A stretch of DNA of 64,000 nt from assembly GCA_028865345.1 (NCBI GenBank), contig JAGWKL010000003.1, positions 64,184 to 128,183 of the forward strand, given 5' to 3'. This document shows positions 1 to 7,926 of this stretch, in pieces. Made by a program: the position numbers and the translations under genes. The notes below the pieces were generated by a model. It had not been told where the DNA came from and made no database searches. It saw only the letters and a program-made list of their open reading frames with translations. This DNA comes from Candidatus Omnitrophota bacterium (GTDB lineage: Bacteria; Omnitrophota; Gorgyraeia; Zapsychrales; Fredricksoniimonadaceae). The first letter of the stretch is position 1. Every line of letters begins with the position of its first letter.

Positions 1-366
1 TTGATTGCCTCTGCTTTTCATCCGCCTTACGGTGAAAAGATGGCCGCCGCAGCCGAGCGGGCCGGTTTCAAGGGCATCATTATTGTCAGAAACGGCATTG
101 AAGGCACCGTTGCCTTTCCGTTATTGAGGGACGTCAAGCTTTTACTGTCTGCCCGGCAAAAGGACGGCAGTTTCTTAAGGCATGAGATGACCATTGAGAA
201 TCCCCGTGCCGTTGAAATTGAAGAGATGGTTGAAAAGCCAAGAGCCGCTGATAATGCCAAGCTCATTGAGGCTTATATCAAGGAAGGCTCATCCGGCAAC
301 AAACATTTTGATGCGCGTGTGGGGTTGACATGTGAGGGGATATGTCAGGCTCTGAAAAATCTATGA
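1..366 (+). CDS. C-terminal fragment of an anthranilate phosphoribosyltransferase-like (glycosyltransferase family 3/YbiB-like) protein
   Basis: ORF open at the window edge; 'SAFHPPY...GIEG' resembles the TrpD/YbiB C-terminal domain. Confidence 0.5.
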   Translation: MIASAFHPPYGEKMAAAAERAGFKGIIIVRNGIEGTVAFPLLRDVKLLLSARQKDGSFLRHEMTIENPRAVEIEEMVEKPRAADNAKLIEAYIKEGSSGNKHFDARVGLTCEGICQALKNL

Positions 367-1667
367 AGAAAATATCTTTTTATACCTTTGGTTGCCGTTT
401 GAACCAGTCGGAAACGGCCTCCATTGAAAATTCTTTTGAGCAGGGCGGCTGGCAAGTGGTGGACTTTGATGAGCCTTCGGACATTGTGGTCATCAATACC
501 TGCACGGTGACCGAGGGCGGGGATGCCGATACCCGGCGTCTGGTGCATAAAGTCAACCGTTTGAATCCCGGGGCGCGCATTGCTCTGGTCGGCTGCCAGG
601 CGCAGATCCAGAAAGAGAAACTGGCTTCCCTGCCCGGCGTGTGCTGGATCGTAGGCAATGGCCGTAAAATGGATTTGCTTTCAGTATTAAGTGAATTTCC
701 GCAACCGCAGGCGGCCCGGCTTATCGTGCCGGTCATGGAACGCCGGCCTTTCCGTTTACCGGTCCCGTCGGTCGACCGAGGGCACACGCGGGCCAATATC
801 AAGATCCAGGACGGCTGTGATTTTTTTTGTTCCTTTTGTGAGATCCCTTACGCGCGCGGCCGCGCCCGCAGCCGGGTGTTTGACGATGTCCTGACAGAAA
901 GCCGGGCGCTTCTCGCCGCAGGGCACAAAGAGCTGGTCTTGACCGGAATCAATATCGGGACGTACTCGTATGAGGAAAAAACACTCATGGATATCGTTGG
1001 GGCCGTAAATGCCATGGAAGGATTGGAGCGCCTGCGCATTTCATCCATTGAACCAACCACTGTTCCCAAAGGCCTTTGCGGTTATATGAAGGCAGGAGGG
1101 AAGCTTGTCCCTCATCTGCACATCCCTTTGCAAAGCGGGGACAATGAGGTCCTGGGCTGGATGAAGCGCAAATATACCGTCGAAGAGTTTCGTGATTTTA
1201 TTGGTGAAGCGATCGCTGAAGTGCCGCAGATTTGTATCGGCACCGATGTGATCGTGGGCTTTCCGGGCGAGACCGACGCGCATTTTGACCGCACGGTGGA
1301 AACATTAAGGCAGTTGCCTCTCCATTATGTTCATGTGTTCAGTTATTCCCCCCGGCATATGGCCAAAAGCCGCCTGAAGGAAACCCTGCCTGCCGCGGTG
1401 ATCGCCCGGCGCAGTGAAATCCTGCGCGACTTAAGCGCTGCCAAGCGAAAATCATTTTATGAATCCTTGCTTGGCACGACCCAAAAGGTCTTGTTTGAGC
1501 GGCCCAAGACCGACGGGTGGCAATACGGCCTGACGGGAAATTATGTGCGCGTTAAGATCCAAGGTCCTTGTGAACTGACCAATCAAATCCTTCCTGTCCG
1601 TCTCAATTCTATCGACGGCCTGTGCGTTGTGGGGGACCTGTCCCCGGACCCGGGGAGCGCCCGTTAG
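363..1667 (+). CDS. mtaB: tRNA t6A37 methylthiotransferase MtaB (radical SAM)
   Basis: N-terminal TFGCRLNQSE, INTCTVT, radical SAM motif CDFFCSFC, IVGFPGET, C-terminal TRAM-like 'GLTGNY'. Confidence 0.92.
   Translation: MKKISFYTFGCRLNQSETASIENSFEQGGWQVVDFDEPSDIVVINTCTVTEGGDADTRRLVHKVNRLNPGARIALVGCQAQIQKEKLASLPGVCWIVGNGRKMDLLSVLSEFPQPQAARLIVPVMERRPFRLPVPSVDRGHTRANIKIQDGCDFFCSFCEIPYARGRARSRVFDDVLTESRALLAAGHKELVLTGINIGTYSYEEKTLMDIVGAVNAMEGLERLRISSIEPTTVPKGLCGYMKAGGKLVPHLHIPLQSGDNEVLGWMKRKYTVEEFRDFIGEAIAEVPQICIGTDVIVGFPGETDAHFDRTVETLRQLPLHYVHVFSYSPRHMAKSRLKETLPAAVIARRSEILRDLSAAKRKSFYESLLGTTQKVLFERPKTDGWQYGLTGNYVRVKIQGPCELTNQILPVRLNSIDGLCVVGDLSPDPGSAR
1637..1655 (+). repeat. Short GC-rich repeat CCTGTCCCCGGAYYCGGGG, copy 1
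   Basis: 17/19 identical to 16022-16040. Confidence 0.4.
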
Positions 1668-1668
1668 C

Positions 1669-1923
1669 ATGAAACCTGTTGGCGCCTGCTGGGCGTATAT
1701 GGTACAGTGTAAACACGGTACTTTTTATACCGGCTGGACCAATGATTTAAAAAAGCGCATGGCGGCCCATGACGCGGGCAAGGGCGCCAAATATTTGCGG
1801 GGCAGGGGCCCGGTCAAGTTGGTTTATCGAAAAGAATGCCTGACCGTCGCCCAAGCGCAGGCCCTGGAAAGGTCCATCAAAAAACTTACCCGGAAAGAAA
1901 AAGAAGCGCTGGTCTTTTTATGA
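1669..1923 (+). CDS. GIY-YIG nuclease family protein (YhbQ/UPF0213)
   Basis: 'AYMVQC...FYTGWTNDLKKRMAAHDAGKGAKYLRGRGPV' matches the UPF0213 pattern. Confidence 0.88.
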   Translation: MKPVGACWAYMVQCKHGTFYTGWTNDLKKRMAAHDAGKGAKYLRGRGPVKLVYRKECLTVAQAQALERSIKKLTRKEKEALVFL

Positions 1924-3734
1924 ACAAACGTTTTGGATGGCTTTTATTGGTCCTTTTGGCGCTGGGCGGTGTTTTTGTATGGTGCCGCTTATCCCTGCCC
2001 CGCTATCAATTCATCAACCTTTCCGTCGGCCAGTCAAAAGCCCGGGAGATATCCCGGAAATTCTTGGAGACCAAATACGGGGTCAATGTCAATGCCTACA
2101 CATCCGCCGTATTATTCAACGCGGATGATAATGCGGACCAGTATTTGCAAAGGACTCTGGGTTTTTCCGGCGAGAGGAGTCTTGTCCACCGCCTGCATTA
2201 CGACTTGTTCTGCTGGGTCATCCGTTATTTCAAAGAGAAGCAAAAAGAGGAGTATAAGGTCGCGGTCAGCAGCGCCACCGGTGAGGTCATCGGTTTTAAC
2301 CATACGATCGCAGATACGGCCGCCAGGCCGCTGGTCGATAAACAACAGGCCCGCCAGAGGGCTCTTCAATTCTTGAAGACCGCTTATGGTTTTAATCCCG
2401 CCGGGTATACAGTCCATAGTGAAGACGTTCATAAGCTGGAGAACAGGGTGGAGTATGCTTTTACTTGGGAAAACAAGGACGTGCATATTCCCTGGAGCAA
2501 GGACAAAGCCCAGGGTTACGCCAAACTCCTGACCAATGTCACGGTCTCGGGCAATGAAATTCTTGATTTTAATAAGGCTTTTTTTAAAATTCCTGACGGG
2601 TTTAACCGTTATGTAGACTACCTGAAACAAACCGGCCAAAATCTCACCCTGGTGTTCCGCATCCTTTATCTGGTGCTTCTGACCCTGGCCATTATGGCGG
2701 TTGTCAACCGCAAGCAGCAGGTGGTCACACGTACCGTGAGGTCGTTTTATGTCGGCGTGGGGATCGCCTTGTTTATTTTGATGGTCCTGGACCTTTTAAA
2801 CGATTATCAGAGCATTTTATACAGTTACCCGACCACCCAGTCCATGGGTGATTATGTGGCCCGTCAGTTTATCGAAGGCACCATAGCTCCCTTTTTCATC
2901 GCGCTGGGGTTTATTTTACCCGCCCTGGCAGGGGAGTCCCTGAATTTTGAGGTTGCCCGTGAGAAAAAAAATGGGGCTTTTTTGAGCACCCTTTTGTCTT
3001 CCTTTCGCTCGCTGAATATCGCCCGCCAGATCGCGGTGGGATATTGCGCGGCCGCGATCATTCTGGGGACCCAGTCATTGATTTACAGTTTAGGATTCAA
3101 ATATTGCGGGGTATGGGATGAGTTGTCCTGGATGACTCAGGCCTCGACAAGCATTGTACCCGCCTTGACCGCCTTGGCCATTGCTTTTCAGGCTTCTTTT
3201 ACAGAGGAGACAATGTTCCGCATGTTTGCCATCAATCTGTTCAGGAAATACCGCGTGCCTGTGGCCCTGGCGGTGTTTTTGAGCGCCGCGATATGGGGAT
3301 TCGGACATACGGGATATGAAATTTATCCCATGTGGTTTCGGGGTGTCGAAGTCACCACCATCGGGCTTATCATGGGGTTCTTTTATTTGCGGTTTGGCCT
3401 GGTATGCGTGATCACCGCCCATTTTCTGATCGACGGGTTTTTATCGGCCCTGCCGTTTTTGTTGAATCCTCACCTGTCCTTTAATTTTGCCACCGCTTTG
3501 ACGGTGGTGGGCCTGCCTTTGATATTGGCCCTGGTCGCAATTGTGTTCAACAGAAATACTCCTGAGAGGCCCTTGAGCATCCGTTTTAATGTCCACCAGC
3601 AATTTACCTACCATTTGCTGATGGAATTATGCCGTCACAAGGGCCCTGAAGAATTAACGGCCTTTAAAAATGACCTTCAGCGCCATGGGTGGGACGCTGC
3701 GATCATCCAGAGGGTCTTTGAGGATGATACGTAG
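1920..3734 (+). CDS. CPBP (CAAX/Abi) family intramembrane metalloprotease with large N-terminal extracytoplasmic domain
   Basis: EETMFR, WGFGH and AHFLID motifs within multiple TM helices. Confidence 0.8.
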   Translation: MNKRFGWLLLVLLALGGVFVWCRLSLPRYQFINLSVGQSKAREISRKFLETKYGVNVNAYTSAVLFNADDNADQYLQRTLGFSGERSLVHRLHYDLFCWVIRYFKEKQKEEYKVAVSSATGEVIGFNHTIADTAARPLVDKQQARQRALQFLKTAYGFNPAGYTVHSEDVHKLENRVEYAFTWENKDVHIPWSKDKAQGYAKLLTNVTVSGNEILDFNKAFFKIPDGFNRYVDYLKQTGQNLTLVFRILYLVLLTLAIMAVVNRKQQVVTRTVRSFYVGVGIALFILMVLDLLNDYQSILYSYPTTQSMGDYVARQFIEGTIAPFFIALGFILPALAGESLNFEVAREKKNGAFLSTLLSSFRSLNIARQIAVGYCAAAIILGTQSLIYSLGFKYCGVWDELSWMTQASTSIVPALTALAIAFQASFTEETMFRMFAINLFRKYRVPVALAVFLSAAIWGFGHTGYEIYPMWFRGVEVTTIGLIMGFFYLRFGLVCVITAHFLIDGFLSALPFLLNPHLSFNFATALTVVGLPLILALVAIVFNRNTPERPLSIRFNVHQQFTYHLLMELCRHKGPEELTAFKNDLQRHGWDAAIIQRVFEDDT

Positions 3735-3743
3735 TAATTCTTA

Positions 3744-3772
3744 TTGACCGAATGCCGGGGTTGTTTTATATT
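3744..3772 (+). promoter_or_regulatory. sigma70-type promoter, probably giving a leaderless transcript
   Basis: TTGACC-N17-TATATT, then 6 nt to the ATG at 3779; no Shine-Dalgarno. Confidence 0.6.
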
Positions 3773-3778
3773 TACGCT

Positions 3779-4162
3779 ATGAAGAAAATCTCCAGGATTT
3801 TTGTCGCTTTCTTGCTGGCCGTATCATTGGTTGTCTCAACGGTCATCTGCTGCTGCATTGCACCGGCGGTGGCAGCGCACTTTCAAAAGGAAGCCGCCTG
3901 CAGCCATTGTATGGGGCATAAAGCCTCCGGCCGGCCTTCAGATCCTCTATGCCCTCAGCAATTAATGAGCGCAGATTTTCTTCATGCGCCGGCGTTAACA
4001 TTTTCTGAAAGCACAGGCGGTTTTTCATTTACGCCGGTATTGTTTGTCGGTCATCATCCCGTTTTAACGCGTTTAATATTATCAGTCCATCCGCCCGGGG
4101 GGCCGCCCCTGGGCATGGATTTTATTCCGCTTTACCTTAGGACCTTCCAGTTACGCATTTAA
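3779..4162 (+). CDS. Cys/His/Pro-rich leader-type protein (DUF2946/CutF/CruR-like) at the head of the copper island
   Basis: Signal/TM segment, CCC, CSHC, C-terminal HPPGGPP...PLYLRTFQLRI. Confidence 0.6.
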   Translation: MKKISRIFVAFLLAVSLVVSTVICCCIAPAVAAHFQKEAACSHCMGHKASGRPSDPLCPQQLMSADFLHAPALTFSESTGGFSFTPVLFVGHHPVLTRLILSVHPPGGPPLGMDFIPLYLRTFQLRI

Positions 4163-4259
4163 TTCCCTTATCTCTTTCTTAAGTTGCCCTTGTCTCGCGC
4201 ATTATGCGGGAGGAGTCGTCCTTGATTTTGTCTGATTTCTGATAAAAAGGAGATATAGC

Positions 4260-4589
4260 ATGAACATCAAACCATTAGTTTTGATCTTAGGCGTTTTAAC
4301 CTTGTCAGGAGGGTTTGTTTTTGTCCAACAAAGCGCTGCCGCCGTCAAACCGAAAATTGTCGTCGTTGACAACACTGATCCAGCCAAGGCTGTGGAAGTA
4401 GGCAATAAAATTTGTCCCGTCGACGGCCTTAAGATCAGTGACGACGGGGCCATGGGCGGTGGGCCTGTCAAAATCGCTTATAAAGGCAGGATATATAACC
4501 TTGATTGTCCCATGTGCATTAAGGCTTTCGAAAACAACCCCGAAAAGTACAGCGCCATTGCCGAGAAGGAAGTTGGTGCGGGCAAGTAG
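4260..4589 (+). CDS. Secreted YHS/TRASH metal-binding domain protein
   Basis: Signal peptide, 'NKICPVDG...YKGRIYNLDCPMCIKAFENNPEKY'; AAGGAG RBS. Confidence 0.8.
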   Translation: MNIKPLVLILGVLTLSGGFVFVQQSAAAVKPKIVVVDNTDPAKAVEVGNKICPVDGLKISDDGAMGGGPVKIAYKGRIYNLDCPMCIKAFENNPEKYSAIAEKEVGAGK

Positions 4590-4618
4590 CTGCAGGGAGA
4601 GCCGGCGGATAATTCATT

Positions 4619-5167
4619 ATGCAAGAACCTGAAAAACAAGACGCTTCAATGCTTTTGGAGCAGGCCCGTCAACTGGACGAAGCGGCTCTCGGTCAACTGG
4701 TCAGGGAATATTATCCGGCTGTGCTTCGGTTTTTGTCTTACCGTACGCGTAATCAGGAAGACGCCGAAGATCTGACCAGCGAGGTGTTTATACGGATGAC
4801 AGGGGCCATTAAAACCCAGACCGGGAATTTTGCCGCGTGGCTGTTTAAGATCGCGCGCAACCTGCTCATCGATTATTACCGTAAGATGGATCGCCGGAAA
4901 ACTTCATCGCTGGATGAGATGGAGGATGACAGCATCGCTGTGACCTCCCGCGACCATAGAGAAGGTTTTTCTGAAGATGAGATCAAAGGGATGTTGGCCG
5001 TTTTGACGGATGAACAGCAGGAAGCGGTCACCTTAAGGTTCCTGAATGGTTATTCTTTAGAGGAAACCGCCGGGATCATGCAAAAGTCTGTGGGGGCGGT
5101 CAAGCTGCTCCAGTTCCGCGCCATAGCCGCGTTAAAGGAGCATTTGAAAATAGACATCCAGGCTTGA
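4619..5167 (+). CDS. ECF RNA polymerase sigma factor (BldN-like)
   Basis: Region 2 'DAEDLTSEVF...WLFKIARNLLIDYYR'; region 4 'QQEAVTLRFLNGYSLEETAGIMQKSVGAVKLLQFRA'. Confidence 0.9.
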   Translation: MQEPEKQDASMLLEQARQLDEAALGQLVREYYPAVLRFLSYRTRNQEDAEDLTSEVFIRMTGAIKTQTGNFAAWLFKIARNLLIDYYRKMDRRKTSSLDEMEDDSIAVTSRDHREGFSEDEIKGMLAVLTDEQQEAVTLRFLNGYSLEETAGIMQKSVGAVKLLQFRAIAALKEHLKIDIQA

Positions 5168-5177
5168 AAAAGCGCTT

Positions 5178-5205
5178 GCGTAACTTTTTGTTGTTGGCGG
5201 CGTCT
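5178..5205 (+). promoter_or_regulatory. Putative ECF sigma promoter 1
   Basis: GCGTAACTTT...CGTCT, with AAC and CGT 16 nt apart. Confidence 0.65.
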
Positions 5206-5261
5206 TTATCAGTGAACATTTTGATCCCAATGGGGGGGTCAATAAAAAAAGCGAGGACGCT

Positions 5262-5534
5262 ATGAAAAAACAAATCACATTTTTATTAATCGGTTTAGGG
5301 TTGGTGGCTTTCAGCAGCTTGAGTTTTGCCGAGAGCCAACTCGGTAAAGGGATTAGGACTGTGGAGGGAACGATCGTGTCCGTGAATACTTCCAAGGATG
5401 TGGCTGTGATAAAGGATAATGCTGTTGCGCATTATTATACAGTTCGTGTTTTTCCGGATCAGATTGGTTCTATACAGGCCGGAGAAAACGTCACGGCTGT
5501 TTCTTATGGGAATGGACCATTGACCCTTAAATAA
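5262..5534 (+). CDS. Small secreted OB-fold-like protein
   Basis: Signal peptide (SFA-ES); 'VEGTIVSVN...IQAGENVT' pattern; GAGG RBS. Confidence 0.65.
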   Translation: MKKQITFLLIGLGLVAFSSLSFAESQLGKGIRTVEGTIVSVNTSKDVAVIKDNAVAHYYTVRVFPDQIGSIQAGENVTAVSYGNGPLTLK

Positions 5535-5551
5535 CAGCAAACATTTAAATA

Positions 5552-5589
5552 TAAAAAGGGGGACATGCTATAATATGTCCTCCTTTTTA
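5552..5589 (+). terminator. Intrinsic (probably bidirectional) terminator
   Basis: TAAAAAGGGGGACAT-loop-ATGTCCTCCTTTTTA hairpin with A/T tails. Confidence 0.75.
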
Positions 5590-5617
5590 GCGTAACTTTC
5601 TGAGATTTTAAACGCCT
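5590..5617 (+). promoter_or_regulatory. Putative ECF sigma promoter 2 (upstream of the cusCBA-like operon)
   Basis: GCGTAACTTT...CGCCT, 16-nt spacer, directly after the terminator. Confidence 0.6.
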
Positions 5618-5654
5618 GCATCGTCAGTAGGAATAATGGTATGGGAATTTTAAT

Positions 5655-6920
5655 ATGCGTATTTTAGTTTCAATGCTGGTGTTGGTGTTTGTGTCCCAGG
5701 GCCTGACGTTTGCGCAAGATGCCAGGTCTCCCGTACATTTAAGCGGATTGATCAAGGAGGCTTTAAACAACAATCCGCAGATTTTAGCCGCTAAAGCGCG
5801 CTACGAAGCGGCCCGCGCCCGTGTAGCCTTTTTCCGTAATGTTCCGGATCCCATGGTCGAGTACGGCTATGACAAGATCATTCCCTCAATGATAGGCGCA
5901 GACGCAGCCAAGCCCATGAAGACTCTTTCGGTAACTCAACGAATCCCTTTTCCGACAAAACTTTTTTTGGAAAGGAAGGCGGCCAGGCAGGAAATGGATG
6001 CTCAAAAGCAGGATTATGAGGAAACCCGGCAACGTGTCATTGAACAGGTCAAGGACGCCTATGCTTCTTTGTTTGTCGCCCAACGTAAAATAGCATTCAC
6101 AAAAGACGATTTTGAACTGGCCGGACAGATGGCTAAGGCTGCAGAGGTACGGTATTCGGCCAATCGGGATTCTCAAATTGACCTTTTACGGGCCCAAGCA
6201 GAGCAGGAAAAGATCATGGTACAGCAAAAAGAATTTGAGCAGGACCGTGTCATTGCCGTCAGTTTGCTGGCCTCTTTGCTTAACAAGGCCCCGCAGGATT
6301 TAGGAGATATTGATACGCATGAGAATGCAAAGGGAGAAGACCTTTCTGAAGAAAATGTGATTAAGAGGATCAAACAGGACCGTCCGGAATTGAAGTCTTT
6401 TAGGGCCATACTGGATCAAACCAGGACGAAATACTCCTTAAGTAAACAAAGCTTGTTACCGGACATAACGCTTACCTATCAGCACCAAGAGCAAAACGGC
6501 AGCTTCGGAAGAGGGCAATGGGCGGGTATGGTAGGTTTTACGATTCCACTTTGGTTTTGGGGCAAACAGGCGCCCGAGATCGTGGAAGCCCGCGCCGACC
6601 TTCGCGCCGCCCAGGCCGATTACCAGGCCGAGGAGAATACAGCCATTTTCGAAGGCAGGAGCGCTTTAGCAAAAGTTAAGGCGGCTCGTGAAGTGGTGGA
6701 ACTTTATGAGAAAGGGATTTTGCCGAGGGCCGAATCGGTGGTTGTCACGGACCGTGTGGCTTATGAGGCCTCAACAGGTGATTTTACCGAATATATAGCG
6801 GCTTTTAAGGCCCTTCGGGATTTTCAAATGGAATATGCGCAAGCCCTGGCTGGTTTGGCCGTTGCCAAGGCGGATTTGGACCGGGCCATAGGCGGGGATA
6901 TTGTATCTAAGGGGGAATGA
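5655..6920 (+). CDS. TolC-family outer membrane efflux protein (CusC/CzcC-like)
   Basis: Signal peptide, 'ALNNNPQI', 'RPEL', 'LLPDITL', 'IPLW' OEP repeats; first gene of an RND operon. Confidence 0.88.
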   Translation: MRILVSMLVLVFVSQGLTFAQDARSPVHLSGLIKEALNNNPQILAAKARYEAARARVAFFRNVPDPMVEYGYDKIIPSMIGADAAKPMKTLSVTQRIPFPTKLFLERKAARQEMDAQKQDYEETRQRVIEQVKDAYASLFVAQRKIAFTKDDFELAGQMAKAAEVRYSANRDSQIDLLRAQAEQEKIMVQQKEFEQDRVIAVSLLASLLNKAPQDLGDIDTHENAKGEDLSEENVIKRIKQDRPELKSFRAILDQTRTKYSLSKQSLLPDITLTYQHQEQNGSFGRGQWAGMVGFTIPLWFWGKQAPEIVEARADLRAAQADYQAEENTAIFEGRSALAKVKAAREVVELYEKGILPRAESVVVTDRVAYEASTGDFTEYIAAFKALRDFQMEYAQALAGLAVAKADLDRAIGGDIVSKGE

Positions 6921-6921
6921 A

Positions 6922-7926
6922 ATGAAAAAGTTCACATGGGTCATGATTTTCTTATTGATAGCTTGCGCCGCGGGAAGTCAAAATGCGTTCAGCCAGACTA
7001 AGAGAAAGATCCTTTATTATCGAAATCCGATGGATCCTTCGGTGACATCGCCTGTTTTTATGAAGGATTCGATGGGAATGGACTATATTCCCGTTTACGC
7101 CAAAGAACCTTCACAAGCTCAAAAGGTATCAGGTATTCATGTGCCCCTGCAACAGCAACAGCTTATCGGTCTTAAGACAGGGCTTGTCGAGAAGCGCGAT
7201 TTGATTTATGAGATCCGCGCATCGGCCCAAGTAGCCTTTGATCCTGACCTGTTTGTCGCCCAAACGAGTTATATCGAGGCGTTAAAAACATTAAAAGAAA
7301 CTGCGAACGGTTCGGATGCTTTTCTCAATGGACAATCTAAATCCCTTTTGGAAGCCAGCCGCCGCAATCTTTATCTTGAGGGCATGAGCGACAGCGAGAT
7401 CGATGAGCTGGCAAAAACGGGCAAAGCGGATGATAGTTTGTATTATCCCGGCACTTTGCCTACGGCATGGGTCTACGCCGCCATTTACGAGAACGAGGCC
7501 TTGATGACCAAGCCTGGCCAGAAGGTCACCTTTGAACCTCTGGCTTTTCCCGGAAAAATGTTCCATGGGATTGTGGCCGGAGTTTCTCCCATCTTGGATG
7601 CCCGGACGCGTACCGTGCGTTTGAGGATCAGGGTCGATGACCCCAAGAAAGAATTGCGTCCTCAAATGTTCGGAACGGCGTTGATTTCCGTTGATCTGGG
7701 AAAGAAACTGGCTGTTGACCAGGACGCTGTTTTGAACACGGGAATGAAGCAAATTGTTTACGTGGTCCATAAAGGGAATATTTTTGAAATGCGAAAGGTG
7801 ACCTTGGGCACAGAAGCCAAAGGTTATTATGAAGTTCTGTCAGGTCTTCAAGAAGGTCAGAAGGTCGTCACCAGTGGTAATTTCATGATTGACTCAGAAA
7901 GCAGGATTGAAGGGTTTACCAAATGA
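6922..7926 (+). CDS. cusB: RND efflux periplasmic adaptor, CusB-like
   Basis: 'YYRNPMDP...KDSMGMDYIPVY' heavy-metal-binding domain; 'LRPQMFG', 'SGNFMIDSES'. Confidence 0.88.
   Translation: MKKFTWVMIFLLIACAAGSQNAFSQTKRKILYYRNPMDPSVTSPVFMKDSMGMDYIPVYAKEPSQAQKVSGIHVPLQQQQLIGLKTGLVEKRDLIYEIRASAQVAFDPDLFVAQTSYIEALKTLKETANGSDAFLNGQSKSLLEASRRNLYLEGMSDSEIDELAKTGKADDSLYYPGTLPTAWVYAAIYENEALMTKPGQKVTFEPLAFPGKMFHGIVAGVSPILDARTRTVRLRIRVDDPKKELRPQMFGTALISVDLGKKLAVDQDAVLNTGMKQIVYVVHKGNIFEMRKVTLGTEAKGYYEVLSGLQEGQKVVTSGNFMIDSESRIEGFTK

Noticed and set aside
1669-1923. GIY-YIG gene as a homing endonuclease or mobile element
   Set aside because: Size and motifs fit the stand-alone chromosomal UPF0213 family, and there is no intron or intein context
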